NCBI GenBank assembly: GCA_034780895.1
Contig: JAUZTB010000001.1
Coordinates: 92,416,100-92,480,099, forward strand
From: Rhynchobatus australiae
Taxonomy: Eukaryota
Reading direction: 5' to 3'
Length of the DNA stretch: 64,000 nucleotides
Position numbers and translations under genes: made by a program. Position 1 is the stretch's first letter; each line of letters opens with the position of its first letter. Shown piece by piece: positions 12,621 to 25,923 of the stretch. The notes under the pieces were generated by a model. That model saw only the letters and a list, made by a program, of their open reading frames with translations. It was not told where the DNA came from and made no database searches.

Positions 12621-14399
12621 TAATCCATAACTTCCTTTGAACACAGCAAGGAATGGGGCAGCGTGGAGAGGATTTGAAAATCACCTTTCTACATCTTGAT
12701 TAAGAAGTGCCAATCTGCCTTTGAAACACAGGTCATCACTCTCACACACACAAAGCACATGCATGTCCCACTATTGGCCAAGATCAGCGCTAACCTTGGA
12801 CTCTGAAAATAAGCAGATGGCCGCTCCATGACATTTCCTACTTGAAAAGAAAAGGGGAGCATGAGCACATTTACCTTAAAAGGTAAAGCTTTCACATCTT
12901 ATGGATTCTACAGAAAAACAAACAAATGAAAGAACATTTTATTAGTTGCAGATAGCTTACAGTAGGTTGTCACTGATTTAAGATTGTGTATATAGTAGGA
13001 AGCCTAAGACAAGTACACAAATAAATAAAACCAATCCTGGCCAGCTTAATGCCATCTTGGATACGTCGGGGAAGTATGGGATATGATGAATTCAAATGCA
13101 TCTTTCCATTTGGCTCCTTGTTCTTCAAAGAGAGGCAGCTTTGAGTTAGCATCTCTGCTGATAAAGTGTCTATTCATACAAGCACTTCATGTGACGGAAG
13201 GTGGAGCAACGCAGCAAAAGAAAGAACATTCAGCGCAGATTCTCAGAGCCTTGTAGTCCTGTCACAGAGTGTCCACTTTAATTTTGCCCATCCCAAACTT
13301 GCACTGTCCTCTGGACCACTAAAGTCCTTTCAGTGTGTGCAAGTCCAATCAACAAGCATTACTATTCACCACATGAAGCATCATCACTGAACTTGCTCGA
13401 CCTTTTTTTCCCCAATATGAACATTTGTTCACTGGATATGCACAGCACTGGCAATGCAGCATATTACACGTTTTTTATTGTCACTGAAGAGGATAACCAT
13501 ATGGGTGGGTGAAGAGTCGCATGCAGGCCAAACTGCGCAAGGACAACAGACTTGCTTCCCTGAATAACGTTAACTTGTCAGGACCGATTCTCCAAATTAC
13601 AACAGAAACCAAAGCGCAACTAATTTTCCTTTGCATAACCCAGAGGCCCGTGATCCAAAGTAACTGAACTGCCCATTTCTTAGCATAGAGCAGATCAAAC
13701 CAGAACCTGCCAAAGGCTGGATACAAAAACCTATTGACCCACACAATCGATCACAATCAGCCACTCAACCATTAGGCCAATGAGCCACACTTGTAGAAAC
13801 TGCAATGAGTCACAGTGAAGACGACATTAAGATTCCTGAGCCCTTGATAGAAACGTGAAGGAGAATTGTTTTGGTAAACACCTCCGTTACACTCTAACAA
13901 GTGGAATGCAACTACTGGGATGTTATTTCTACATCTGGCTCACCCAACCAATCTAGATAATGACAGCTGTGTCAATGTTCCACCTGAACAAAATGGAAGC
14001 TGGCAAGGACTTGAGGTTTCCTGCTGCTAAAGGCAGCTTAGCCACAAGTCTCACACTGAATATCTGCGTCTTCCTGAATGTTTCTCACATACTGGCATCA
14101 TCTAATTATACGAAGGGCCTGTACTGTGCTGTAGTGTTCTATGTTCTATAACTAGCCAAAAAGCATTTGAACAAGGGTGATCCTCGTCTGGAAACTTGCC
14201 AGACAATTGTGGGGGAGCACAACCAGAATGCTCTGCACCACAACATTGACTCTTGAGCACAATGCCGCTGAATACTTGTCGACTGAAGTGCGAGGCTTTT
14301 CACGTCATGCACAGGGTTGCACTTTGAACAAGACAGACGTTCCTGTTTTCTTACAGAGCAAGTCTTGTGCTGTTTCAATTCGATTATTCTAAATAACAG

Positions 14400-14680
14400 C
14401 AGCACTGCAGTTTGAGCTGCTGCCTCACAGCTTCAGTGACCTGGGTAAAACCCCGACCTGCAGTTTCCTCCCATATTTCAAAGATGTGCTGGTTGGTAGG
14501 TTAATTGCTCAATGTAAATTCCCCTGATGCAGGTGGGAGAACAGGGTGGAATTGAACCGGGGGGTGGGTGGGTGGGAAGGAAGAGAATAGATTACAAATG
14601 GAGAAATGGAATTGCCCTACACAGCCAGCACAACCTTGGTAGAGCAACTGGGCTTCATATCCCAAGGAAATATGAAATAG
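14400..14680 (+). mobile_element. V-SINE (HE1-like), internally deleted
   Basis: gagctgctgcctcacagc head; tttcctcccatatttcaaagatgtgctggttggtaggttaattg...taaattcccc. Confidence 0.6.
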
Positions 14681-16516
14681 CTTTGAGATCAGAATGCAGC
14701 TTTACTACTTATGGAAGACACTTCAAATTCATGCCCAAAAATGCTCATATTTACCATAAAAATAGTTCTGGAAACAGGCAAAGAAGTGCCTTCAATTTCA
14801 GTTTAAATAAACAGCTTGAATATTTAAATATACGGTCCCAATTCTGATCTGTTCTAATCTGGTTACAACACATGATCAGACAGTAGACTCAAGTTCCATA
14901 ATTGGGAATAAGCATGCTCTGCATTTTCATAAGTATGTAGCAATTGTTAAAAATACCATGTTCCAAATATTAATCACACCAGGAATATTTCCAGTGTACA
15001 GCAGACCACATCCAACACCAACATATGCAATGGCTAAGCTCACTGCTCATTTTAAAGAAAAGAAAGTGATGTTTAAAATTCTATAACTAACAGATTTCAA
15101 GCCTGATGTATTCCAAACAAAGCATTCACAAGACAAATAGAGGCTAAAATAAATCATTAGCAATAATCTGGAGAAAATAAATAAGATTTTATAAAGGTCT
15201 TTGGCAATGTTTCACCTGTCTGATTGTTTCCTGTTTAAATGAAGACTGCCAAACAAGGGAGCACACAACCAAATCATCAATAATGAGGATCAAATATAGA
15301 TGTTACATATTATACCATCAGATCATGCCAAAATGATTCTGAGCAGTTCACATAATGAATTACTTCTGGAGTGCTGGGACTTTTGCTACATTGGCAATGA
15401 AAGCAATGCTGCACAAACATCATAAGACCTGAAACTCTGAAGGGATACAGAGAGTTACAATCCTGCGTACTATGTGACAATTCAATACATTTCCTCAAAT
15501 GGTACCATGGGATCTACCACAAACCACATGTATGGGCAATAACAAAGTGAATATCCTTATACTTCCAGGATTCTTTGCTGATAGGAAGCATAGTCTCTAA
15601 GACATTGGGTTGAACCTTACTGGTAAAAGGCAACAATTCCAAGGGGAAGTCCATGAATTCAAGGATGACTTATTTCCACTACGGTTCTGTGTGTGTTGAG
15701 ACAACCGAGGAGGCCAATGGATGGACCCACGGACTTTGTCACAGTAGGTACCTGATGGGAATGGTGTGGTGGGTAGGTTGTGAGGTGGTGTGCTCTTTCC
15801 ACTGTTCACGTTGAGCTTGTATTTATTCTGTATATTTACCAGCATTTAGCCCTACAAATACAAGGAAGTTTCAGACTCCAAACACCAAGTCATGAACTTG
15901 CTAACTGATTCCAATATGCGAATACCATCTGCTGCTGTACGATACGTGGAGCAGAAAGCAAACTTGCTGCAATCTTCTGCTACTTAATACTGGGGAATCT
16001 GTTCATAGATCCTGCACTAGGCTGGAAATGGCACAAAGCTCATCAGTTCTTTTGTTCAATGGAGATTCCAGAGCCACAAGGAAGACTAATGAAAGTCACC
16101 TCTTTGTATCTGTTTTTTAAAAAAAATTATCTGCGTTTGCGGTAAAACTTTACTAATTACTGAAAAATGTTTAATGAGATATTTTCAATTTTAAAAATTA
16201 ATAATGTCTTTTATTTGTAATGGTGATCAAATGCTTTTCAAAGTCATGGACACAGAGTCATTCCAAAAGCTTAACGGCTTTGACACATGGTAAAGGTGGG
16301 GGTGTGTCCATCTGTCAAAGATTTTCTTGGGTTTGACCTAATGGAGGCAATAAGGAATCCAAAAGACAAGTGTTGGCGGTGGGCCTACCCAGCAAGATCT
16401 GGGCAATTATTTCTTGCTACATCATGACAATGATGTAAACCATAAAGTATTAGTAGTTCATCCATGATCTCAACTGCAAGGAATATACGGCTTGTAATAT
16501 CACAAAGGCACATCAG

Positions 16517-16850
16517 GGGGCACAGTGAGTAGAGCCACTGGTTGACAGCTCCAGTGACCCAGGTTCAATTTTGACCTCAGGTGCTGCCTGCGTGGAGCTT
16601 GCATGTTCTCTGTGACTGTGTGGGTTTTCTCTGGCACTCCGGTTTCCTCCCACGTGCCAACGATGTGCAGGTTGGTGGGCTAAATGAGCACTAAATTGCC
16701 CCTAATGTGTAGGGGGAAGTAGAATCTGGAGGGGATGAAATGCGAGGAGAATAAAAAGGAATTAGTGTGGGGTTGGTGCAAACGGGTGCTTGATGGTCAG
16801 CAAGGACCTCGTGGGTTGAGGGGCCTATTTCCATTCTGTATGACTCTATG
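16517..16850 (+). mobile_element. Full-length V-SINE (HE1-like) with CR1-derived tail
   Basis: tRNA-like head with B-box (ggttcaattt), V-domain gtgggttttctctggcactccggtttcctcccac, tail gggcctatttccattctgtatgactctatg shared with CR1 3' ends in this window. Confidence 0.85.
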
Positions 16851-17809
16851 GCAAAGCAAAAATTTTTAAAACAATTCAGAGTTGGGGCCTGTCTTATTCT
16901 ATAAGAGTAACTGCTTCCCACTGCTGTATATTGGGACAGAACACTCCTACTATATCTGTGTTTATTCAGGCTTATTAACCAGGTTGTAGCTTGACAAATA
17001 ATTTGCCCTTCATCCAATCATTGCATTCATCACGAATTGTTACTCACTATTCACAGTCCTTCCAGTGCTTAATTGTTGCATTTTATCAATATGCAGTGTA
17101 TCTAAAATGAGTCAGACATACAGAAAATGAACACAGCTTCCGCAGAACAGATTTTATCAAACTCTGGTCTTAAGAAAGGCAATGGCACGTTCTTTCCATT
17201 AAACACAGGGCATTAGCAAATGCTTTCTTTTGCAAATACTCCACACCCATGTCCCGTATTATCAGAACTGTACAAGAATGTTTTTTAAAAAAACATGACA
17301 CAGAATAGGGCATAATTCATTATGCTAATAAAATTCAGCCAGAACAAAGCTGTAATAGAACTGTGTTCAAAATTCCTTATAAACCCACTGGCTGTCAGCC
17401 CCACTCTGTACCAAAAAACCCATTGGTGCTCATTCTGACCAAAAGCAGATAAACTAAAAAAATGTGGTTTTAAAATGACCTTTTGCGCTTCCTTATCATC
17501 TATCATGGCTCTGCATATGTGGAGTCAAAACTAAATGTAATAGTTAAGTGAAGTGAGATTAGTGGCCAGGAAATGACTAAACCATAATGAACATATAAAA
17601 TCCAAATGTTGCAGAATGTGTAAATTTTGTATTATTTATTGTTATTGCAAATTAGGAAGCAGGGATATAAATGTGGAGTACAAGTTTCTTGAGAAATGCA
17701 GGCAGGAGGAGAGCAAAGATATTCTGGCACCACAGCATCCTCATTGGCTCACACAATAAGCTCAAATAAACACTCAATTGTAAACAATGTCACAAAAAAA
17801 ATCACAGTA

Positions 17810-18850
17810 GCCACTTAACCCACAGCATCTGTGTCGGCTCTTTTAATGAGCCACCTCATTGCAAAAGTCCAATGCTGCTGTTTCCCCTTGGTCTCACAAT
17901 TTATTCCTTTACAAATTATGTATTAAATACTATTATGGAAGTCAATTTTCCTTCCACTGACCTTTCCGTTAATTCTTTCCAAATTGCAACAATTGATGCA
18001 TAAAAGAAATTCTAATCACCTCCTGTTATTTAAAGATAACTGTCAAAAAACAGTGACCTCTGGTAATTTTAAAAATGGAAGAGTTTCTCTCCATTAACTC
18101 TTCTAAACCGCTTCTTGATTCTTAACATCTCTGTTAAATTACCCCTGAATTTTCTCAGCACTGAAACTTCCTCAGATTCCATAGAATCAAAGACTCTCAA
18201 CCAGAATGGGATTCCAGGAAAGCTTCTCTGCACCCTCTCCCATGTGGCTCCCAGAACTCAATGCAATACTCCAGCTGAGGTCTAACCATGGAGCAACAAA
18301 CAAATCTGCTGGAGGAATTGAATGGATCAGGCAGCATCTATGGGAGGAAAGAAATCGTTGACGTTTTGGGTCAAAACCTTGCATCGTGAGTCCTGATGCA
18401 GGGTTTAGACCCAAATCGTCGACAATTTCTTTTCTCTCACAGATGCTGCTTGACCTGCTGAGTTCCTCCAGCAGGTTGGTTCTTGCTCCAGATCCCAGCA
18501 CCTACAGTCTCTCACTTCTCTGAGGTCTAACTACACTTCACAACGGTTCGCCATACCTGCCCTGTTTTTGTATTCGGTACCCAAAAGGATACCATATGCC
18601 CTTTGTTTTAAAATATCAGTAACAGTCTGATCAAGTTACCCTGCCATCTTCAAAGGATTTTTTCTGCACGAACCTCAGTTTGCTCTGCCTCTATACCTCT
18701 TTAAAATTGCACAATGAGATTTATATTGCCTCTCCTCATTCAGCCTTTCATTACCAATACTTCAGTAAATTAAATTTTATCTGCACGTGTCGACACACTT
18801 CAGTTGTTCATGAGCCCTTCAAGATTCTCACTGTCCACTGTGTTTATTAC
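17810..18850 (-). mobile_element. Old CR1 LINE fragment interrupted by a fold-back element
   Basis: Reverse complement CR1 motifs (cttctctgcaccctctcc, ccagaactcaatgcaatactccagctgaggtctaac, taaattttatctgcac). Confidence 0.6.
18287..18519. mobile_element. Palindromic fold-back element with 12-bp flanking direct repeat
   Basis: Inverted arms of roughly 95 bp (ctgctggaggaa...caggcagcatct...gacgttttgggtc / gacccaaatcgtc...agatgctgc...ttcctccagcag); CTGAGGTCTAAC at 18275-18286 and 18520-18531. Confidence 0.85.
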
Positions 18851-18949
18851 ATTTCCAAGCTTTTGAAATGATACCTATTTGCATCCAATGTATCATTACG
18901 TAAAGATTGACAACAGGAAATAAATTGACAAAAGTTGCATGTAAATGAG

Positions 18950-19252
18950 CAGGCACTGTAGTATAGCAGTTAGTGCAATGTTATTACAGCGCCAGCAACC
19001 CAGGTTCAATTCCGGCCACTGTCTGTAAGGAGTTTGTACATTCTCCCCACGTCTGTGTGGGTTTCCTCCGGGTGCTCCGGTTTCCTCCCACATCCCAAAG
19101 ACGTACGGGTTAGGAGGTTGAAAACATGTAATGCTGGTGCCAGAAGCGTGGCGACACTTGTGTAGCGTCCTGGGGGCAGCCCGCAAAAGATGAATTTCAC
19201 TGTGTGTTTCGATGTACGTTGGACTAATAAACATATCTCATCTTATCTTATC
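18950..19252 (+). mobile_element. V-SINE with a non-CR1 tail ending in (ATCTT)n
   Basis: tRNA head with ggttcaattcc B-box; clean V-domain gtgggtttcctccgggtgctccggtttcctcccacatcccaaagacgt; tail tttcactgtgtgtttcgatgtac...aataaa...atcttatcttatc. Confidence 0.85.
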
Positions 19253-20889
19253 AAATATGTTGGTGTCAATCTTCTATATGGTACAAAACAAGTGAAAAGA
19301 CAGATCTTCAGATGATGGCCTCCTACGTTGTATGGAAATGCAGAAATATAGCCAGGAGTAAAATGCCCAGGATGTGCAGATGTATTTAATTCTCATCTTA
19401 AAATCATGCACTTTTCCATTACAAATTCCTCTGTTTTACCTATGCAAGTTACCAGCATTATAATTCCATTTCCCACTAGTGGATTAATTGCATTGAGAGT
19501 GTTATTACAAGTGACCAATTAACACGGCTGCCTCCATAATAAATTTAGACATTAGAATTTTGTAAAAGAAAACTATGAAAAGCAAGGTCTGTATGCTGTT
19601 GCCTTTATACACACATTTCATACAATAGAGACGGTCAAATGTAAATTTAATCTTCCTGCACCAAAGGCAGTTCATATCTCAAGCTAAAATGCTTCTGGTG
19701 TGCTGAATCAGGAGAAGTTTTCTTCAAACTTTAGTTTACATTGGTGGTTAACTGCATGCAGTACTCTGGGGAAAGCCATTAAACATCAGGGAGGATTTAA
19801 CAGAGATCACAAGGTGCCATATCCATGCACAATTAACAACTTGCCCACATAAGACAAGACTATTTCCAGTACACAGCTTGCCAATTGCTTCATTTGCCTT
19901 GAAAGCAGCAGCACACAAGACAATCTTTTAATGTCAATTTTATGTGGGTATTTATTATTGAAGTAGCAGCAACAACTAGTCAAGCGATGCAGTCATACTC
20001 TGGCCTATTCTAAATTATAATCAATAAAAGCTCTAACCAGTGCAAAAGATTAGACATCCAAACCTGATTGATTACAAATTGAGCACAGTGCTTTCAGCAG
20101 TGCAGGACAACTTTTTTGTCTATAATAATATTGGGACTATTCATCCAAGTGGAGGCAGGAGGCTAACAGAGGACAAATTACCCGGCACAGTTAACAGAGG
20201 AGCTCAGTGAATAGTGGTTTCCGTATGTTTTAAGATAGCAGTGTGTTAAATACATGGAGACCTCACTAAGGGGAAAGTCCTTCATTAGGTGGGACAGGGA
20301 GATTTCTTACGGAGGGAGTCAGTAGTCCTACATAACTCACATTAAATGAGTACTTCATATTGTGGCTTGGAAAAGACGTCAAAAACTTGAACAGCAGACG
20401 ACCATTTTGGCAGCCTTCACTCCGACAATATTGCCCTGAGATTTGTTGAAATAGGGGAAGCCAAAGTCACATACAAAGTCAGCTTTGTAACCGAGTGCCA
20501 CATACCACAACACTTAGCTGCCAGGAAAAGAGGTCTGTGTTCCTTTAGTGTAATTTCAAGGGGCACTGTTGTTTCAGTGCTTGAAGTTCTCTCCACCCAC
20601 TTGTGACGGCAATGCAGCCTGTTTAATAAATTAACTAAATGGTGTATTTGAATAAGGCACATTAGGTTTTAAAACCAGGTGATTATATTTCAGATAATCA
20701 TATCCAAACCTCTCAACCCAAAAAGCTGCAACAGCCTTGCAGCCCTGGAGCCTGATATTCCAAGGCAGTTCATTATTTTGCCCTGGGCAACAAGAAAAAG
20801 AAAACAAGCAAAGAAAAATATTATTTCGCAAGAGTTGAAATTAATTTCGTAAAATGAAAGATGGAATCGCAAGAGATATTGGCCGATTA

Positions 20890-21232
20890 GGGTGGCATGA
20901 TGACAGGGCAGTTGGCAGTGCTTCCTTACAGGTGCAGGGACTCAAGTTCAATCCTGACCCCTGGTGCTGCCTGTGTGGAGTTTGCAGGTTTTGCCTTTAA
21001 CTATATAGGTTCCCTCAGATGCCCTGGTTTCTTCCCACATCCCAAAGATGTGCTGGTTGGTTGGTTAGTTAGTTAATTGGCTGCTGTAAGGTTAGGTGGA
21101 TAGTAGGAGAGCTGGAGTTGATGGGCATGTGAAAGAGAACAGGTTAATATGTGGGAGATTGGGACTGTTCTGAGAGAGAGCTGGCATTGACTCAATGGGT
21201 TGAAAGGCCTCCTTCAATGTTATGAGAAATAT
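20890..21232 (+). mobile_element. V-SINE (HE1-like)
   Basis: gggtggca head, gttcaatcctgacc B-box, tgtgtggagtttgca, ggtttcttcccacatcccaaagatgtg. Confidence 0.75.
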
Positions 21233-23917
21233 GAATTGTAAAATGCTGTAGGATTATGCACTATAAGCAGAAACATTAAAAGGCTGTGGGATGGTAAAGG
21301 ACACTTGCATCAAGGAAGTCACGGTTGTGGAGTTCCTCAAGATGCTCCTTTCAGTGGAAACTGACCATCTCTCTGTCCTTCTAAACTCTTCTGCTTTATG
21401 AGCTGGGTGGCCATAGATGGTCTTGACGCCAATGAAGAAACCACACGTCATGATTATCACAGAGTTATTGGATTTCCTGCACTGTTTCTACCACCATTTA
21501 TCCTTCAGTTAAAGGTGTTTTTTGAACCAGAGCCTTCAGGTGCCTGTAGAGTTCTTTCCTTTGCCTTGAGATGTAGTAGAGCTTCCAATCCAGGAGCACC
21601 TTTTGTTTCTGGTTAATTACCTCCGGGATCCTCTCGTCATCAAACCAGGTGTTTTCTAGTACAGAAGCCAAGTGTCGTTTCCTAGGTACTAATTAGGGTG
21701 GATTTCATGACGGACATCAGGACAGTCCAGATGTTGTGAATACTATGGGATTCCTGATGGTCAGGGATTGTTCAGAAGGCTGCAACTCACTTTTAACAAA
21801 CCTCCTGCTGGAGTGCAGATAGGCAATCAGAAACAAGAGGACTCTAACTTCAGACATCCAGCCACAGTATGCAGAGGATGATCTGTGTACAGCAGCTCAA
21901 TGACAGAGGCTCAGCACCAAGGCAATGTTAATATGTTTATTGAAGCATAATGCACCTTACATTAAACATCCAGAGAACAAAGATCCTCTATCAATCATCC
22001 CCCATAGCATCACCCTCAGAGCACATTGTTTGCCTGCCAGATTCCAGTAACCCGAAACAGACACTCTATTCCTAGCTCTGCCATCACAAGAGATAACCGG
22101 ACAGAGGATATGATTCAGGATGGTTTCAAAGCCTCCTTGAAAGTATAACATCCTTGCCAATTTATAGATTACGAGTGACCACGGGAAGCAACAAGGAGCA
22201 CACAGGATGGCGTTGAGACTTCCACTCTTTGTTGGGCACATGCAAATACATAGCATCCCAAACTACCCATCTGCCCATCCCATCAGACACCTCCTTCCTC
22301 ATACACAGGAGAGTCTGCATGTTCCAGATCGGCCTCATTTCAGAACAACAGAGCTAATTCGAAGCAAGTCGTTTTCAAACTCAAGGGACTGTCTAAGACA
22401 ACTAAAAACAGTGTGAAAACCTTTATTTTGCATTCTGATTTCTGTTAACCAACGCAGCACTCCTCTGTGCTGCACAACTTCATCTTGGTTGCGCAGAAAG
22501 GTGGCCATCCTTATCCCATCCATTATTTTTGCAGAGCTATCAAAAACAAGTACTCAGAATTGTCACTGACAATGATAAATGCCTCCACCAGAGCTCAGAT
22601 GACTCTATGCCTTGAGCTGCATTCTAGCTAGCTCACTACTCGTCTAATCTTTCACATTTCAGTTTACCACCTTGTAACTCAGCAGCTTTTCTTTGTCCCT
22701 TGATCCCAACATGTGCTAAGTTATTAATCACACTTTGATGTACAATATAATGAATGAGTTTACAGTCCATTGGGAAATTTGTGGGATTCATTCCCCATCG
22801 TTTCTCAAAATTAAAATTGTGAACACATGCAAAACACATCTTTCAATTTATCTTCAACCAGATACATTTATTTGGAAAGACAACCAACACCATTTCAAAA
22901 AATTTGCAGGAGAGTGCTGCAGCAAATTCATTCACCCTTCCCCCTACACTTTGGTTGCACATCATGAGCAGTACATAGACACATTAGGCATAAAAATGTC
23001 TCACAATGGCTCCCAAAAGCATGATCTCCATTTCAAAAGAAGAACGCATGATATGTTTGGCTTAACACAAAGATATCACTTTAACTGGTGAGCCACACAC
23101 ATACAGTTTCTCTACTGAATATTATCCAACCATTATGTCTCAGTTGCATGCTTACCAAATGCTGATGGCTCCATGGCTGGATTGCTTGCACACACTAAAT
23201 GGTCATTGTTCATCTGATTTCAATGTTATTGAAACACAAACAAGCTTCATCTAAGCCCAAACCCATCCTGAAATACAGAAGACACTATCGCCATTCTTTG
23301 GGAACAAAATGTTAATAATAGTGAGATGGAGGGAAGAGAATAGGCAAGGCAGCTGGTAAAAAAGTAGCTCTTCCGATAATACAGTAATTTAGTATATCAG
23401 AAATGATGATGCTCTACATGTTGGAGATAACAAAACCCTGCAAATACTGAACCCAAAAGAAAAAAAATTTAAGAAACAAGTCTTTCAGAAACTGTAATAT
23501 TTCAGGATGAAATCTTCATAAGAATTCAGAATATGTAAAATATTAACCTGTTTCCTCTTCAAATGAGTCTCTTATGAATATCAAATATATTCCCTTTAAA
23601 ATTTCAGAGCAGCTTTCTTGAAGGGGGTGGGGGCACTAGGCTGTTCAATGGCCATGCCCTCAACAATAACATGCATGGCTTCATTAACGCTCTCATTTGT
23701 CTCAAGTTAATGGAGATCCATGGGCAGCCCCTGTTAGAAATCAGCCCAATTGAATGAAGCTCTATTTTCACTCCTCAACAGTTAACTAATAATTAAATTC
23801 CACCCACTGCACTAGGCATCATATTCAAACAGTTCTCCCTGACAACAGGACACATCTCGATAATATTTCAGGAAACATAACTGAGTAGAAGTGGCAACGA
23901 TGGAATTACTTGGGAAC

Positions 23918-24480
23918 ACAGGTGCAGGAAGCCATTCAACTCCTCAATCCTGTTACGCAATTTAATGAGACCATGGCTGACTCTATAAATCCATCCACCA
24001 TTTCCTCATACTTATTAATACCTTTTGTTGGTTAAAAAAATTCCAGACTTAACCAACTGCCATTTCCAAACTGCTGCCACCTGCGTTTGTAAATATTTCC
24101 AAATTACAACTGAAAGGCTTAGCTCTAATATTTAGACTAAACTCCCCAGTCCTCGATTCTAAAACATTGTTTCTATTTATTTACTCTATTAGTTCTGTTT
24201 TAATAGACTTCGAATAAATCATCCCTTAACCTTCTAAATTTCAGAGCGTACAAACCTTGTTCATGCAATCTCCACAGGCAATTTAACCTAAAACTCCATT
24301 ATCTGTTTGCACTTTCTTCAAGGCTAAAACATCCAAGTATTGTTGGTTGAACTATGGTTGAACTAGGACTATAGATATTTTTTATTCCTTTTCTAGTTAT
24401 AAAGGTTAGCATACTATTAGCCATTTTGATTATTTTCTGTATTTGTCTGTCATATTTGAATCATCAGTGAACATGGACTT
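23918..24480 (-). mobile_element. Old CR1 LINE 3' fragment
   Basis: aggaagccattcaac, tttaatgagaccatggctga, cccttaaccttctaaatt as in other minus-strand CR1 remnants. Confidence 0.55.
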
Positions 24481-24788
24481 CCAAGTTTGACTGGATTGCT
24501 AAACTTTATTTAAACTTTACTATTTTTTTTAAAAAAACTTTAGCACACTGCTCCGTCACTGTTACATTTATCTGCAATGAATTCCACTGGCCGCCCTTTG
24601 CCTGATTGCTTAATCCATTAAAAGCTTTGTAATTTTATACTTCCATCCATACAATCCTGCCTAACTCCCAGCATCACCAAATGTGAACATACAACCTTCT
24701 TCTCCATCAGCTAAGTTGGTCATGCATATGGTGAATAGTAGATCTGAGACTGGCCTTTGCACCTCACATTCTGCCACTGATAGTACCT

Positions 24789-25923
24789 GACTTTAGCAAG
24801 GCATTTGACAAGATCCCACATGGTAGGTCTGGAAGGTTATATCACATGGGATCCAGATGAGCTAGCCAATTGAATACAAAATTGGCCTGGTAGAAAGAGT
24901 CAGAGAGGGTGGTAATACAGGGTTGTTTTTCAGATTGGAGGTCTGTGACCAGTGGTGTGCTGCAGGGATCAATGCTGGGTCCACTGTTGTTTGTCAGCTA
25001 TATTAATGAATTGAATGAGAACACGGATGGCATGATTAGTAAGTTTATGGATGACACCAAAATTGGTGGTGCAGTGGACAGTGAAGAAGGTTATCTAAGA
25101 TTACAACAGGTTCAAGATGAACTGGAAAAGTGGGCAAAGGAATGGCAGATAGAATTTAACTCAGACAGGTGATGCATTTTGGGAAGGTAAACCAGGGTAG
25201 GACATACACAATGAATGGCAGGGCCCTGGAGAGTGTTGTAGAACAGAGACACCTAGGAGTACAAGTACGTAGTTCCCTGAAAGTGGCAACACAGGTAGAC
25301 AGGGTGGCTTGCCTTCACCAGTCAGGGCACTGAGTACAAGAGTTGGGAAGTCATGTTACAGTTGTACAAGATGTTGGTGAAACCACACGTGAAGTATTAT
25401 GTGCAGTTCTGGGTGCCATACAATAGAAAGGATGTGATTAAGCTAGAGAGAGCACAGAAGGAATTCACAAGGATGCTGCCAGGATTGGAGGATTTGAGTT
25501 TATAAGGCAAGACTGGATAGGCTGGAACAGTTTTCCCTGGAGCAAAGGAGGCTGAGGGGTGACCTTACAGAGGTTTATAAAATCATGAGTGGTCTAGATA
25601 AGGTGGATGATTATAGTCCTTTTTCCAGAGTAGGGAGTCTAAAACTGGAAGGCACAGGTTTAAGGTGAGAATTAAAGGGGCACTCGAGGGTCAAGTTTTA
25701 CCACACAGAGAGTGGTGGGTATATGGAATAAACTGCCAGAGGACGTGGTAGAGACAGGTACAACATTTAAAAGACATTTGGACTGGTACATAGATAGGAA
25801 AGGTTTAGAGGGATATGAGCCAAATGCAAGCAAATGCGACTAGCTCAGGTAGGCAGCTTGGGTGACGTGGTCAAGGAGTCAAAGGGCCTGTTTCCAATGC
25901 TGTGTAACTTTGACTCTATGACT
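24789..25923 (+). mobile_element. CR1 LINE, 5'-truncated ORF2 (RT to 3' UTR), frameshifted
   Basis: DFSKAFDKIPHG at 24789; WRSVTSGVLQGSMLGPLLFVSYINE...SKFMDDTKIGG (RT core); C-terminal FKRHLDWY; gactctatgact tail. Confidence 0.95.

Noticed and set aside
16517-16600. tRNA gene-like A/B boxes (also at 18950 and 20890)
   Set aside because: These are SINE heads continuing into V-domains; no complete cloverleaf.
21250-21900. Possible antisense RTE-type LINE remnant
   Set aside because: Too decayed; I could not recover a convincing peptide motif.
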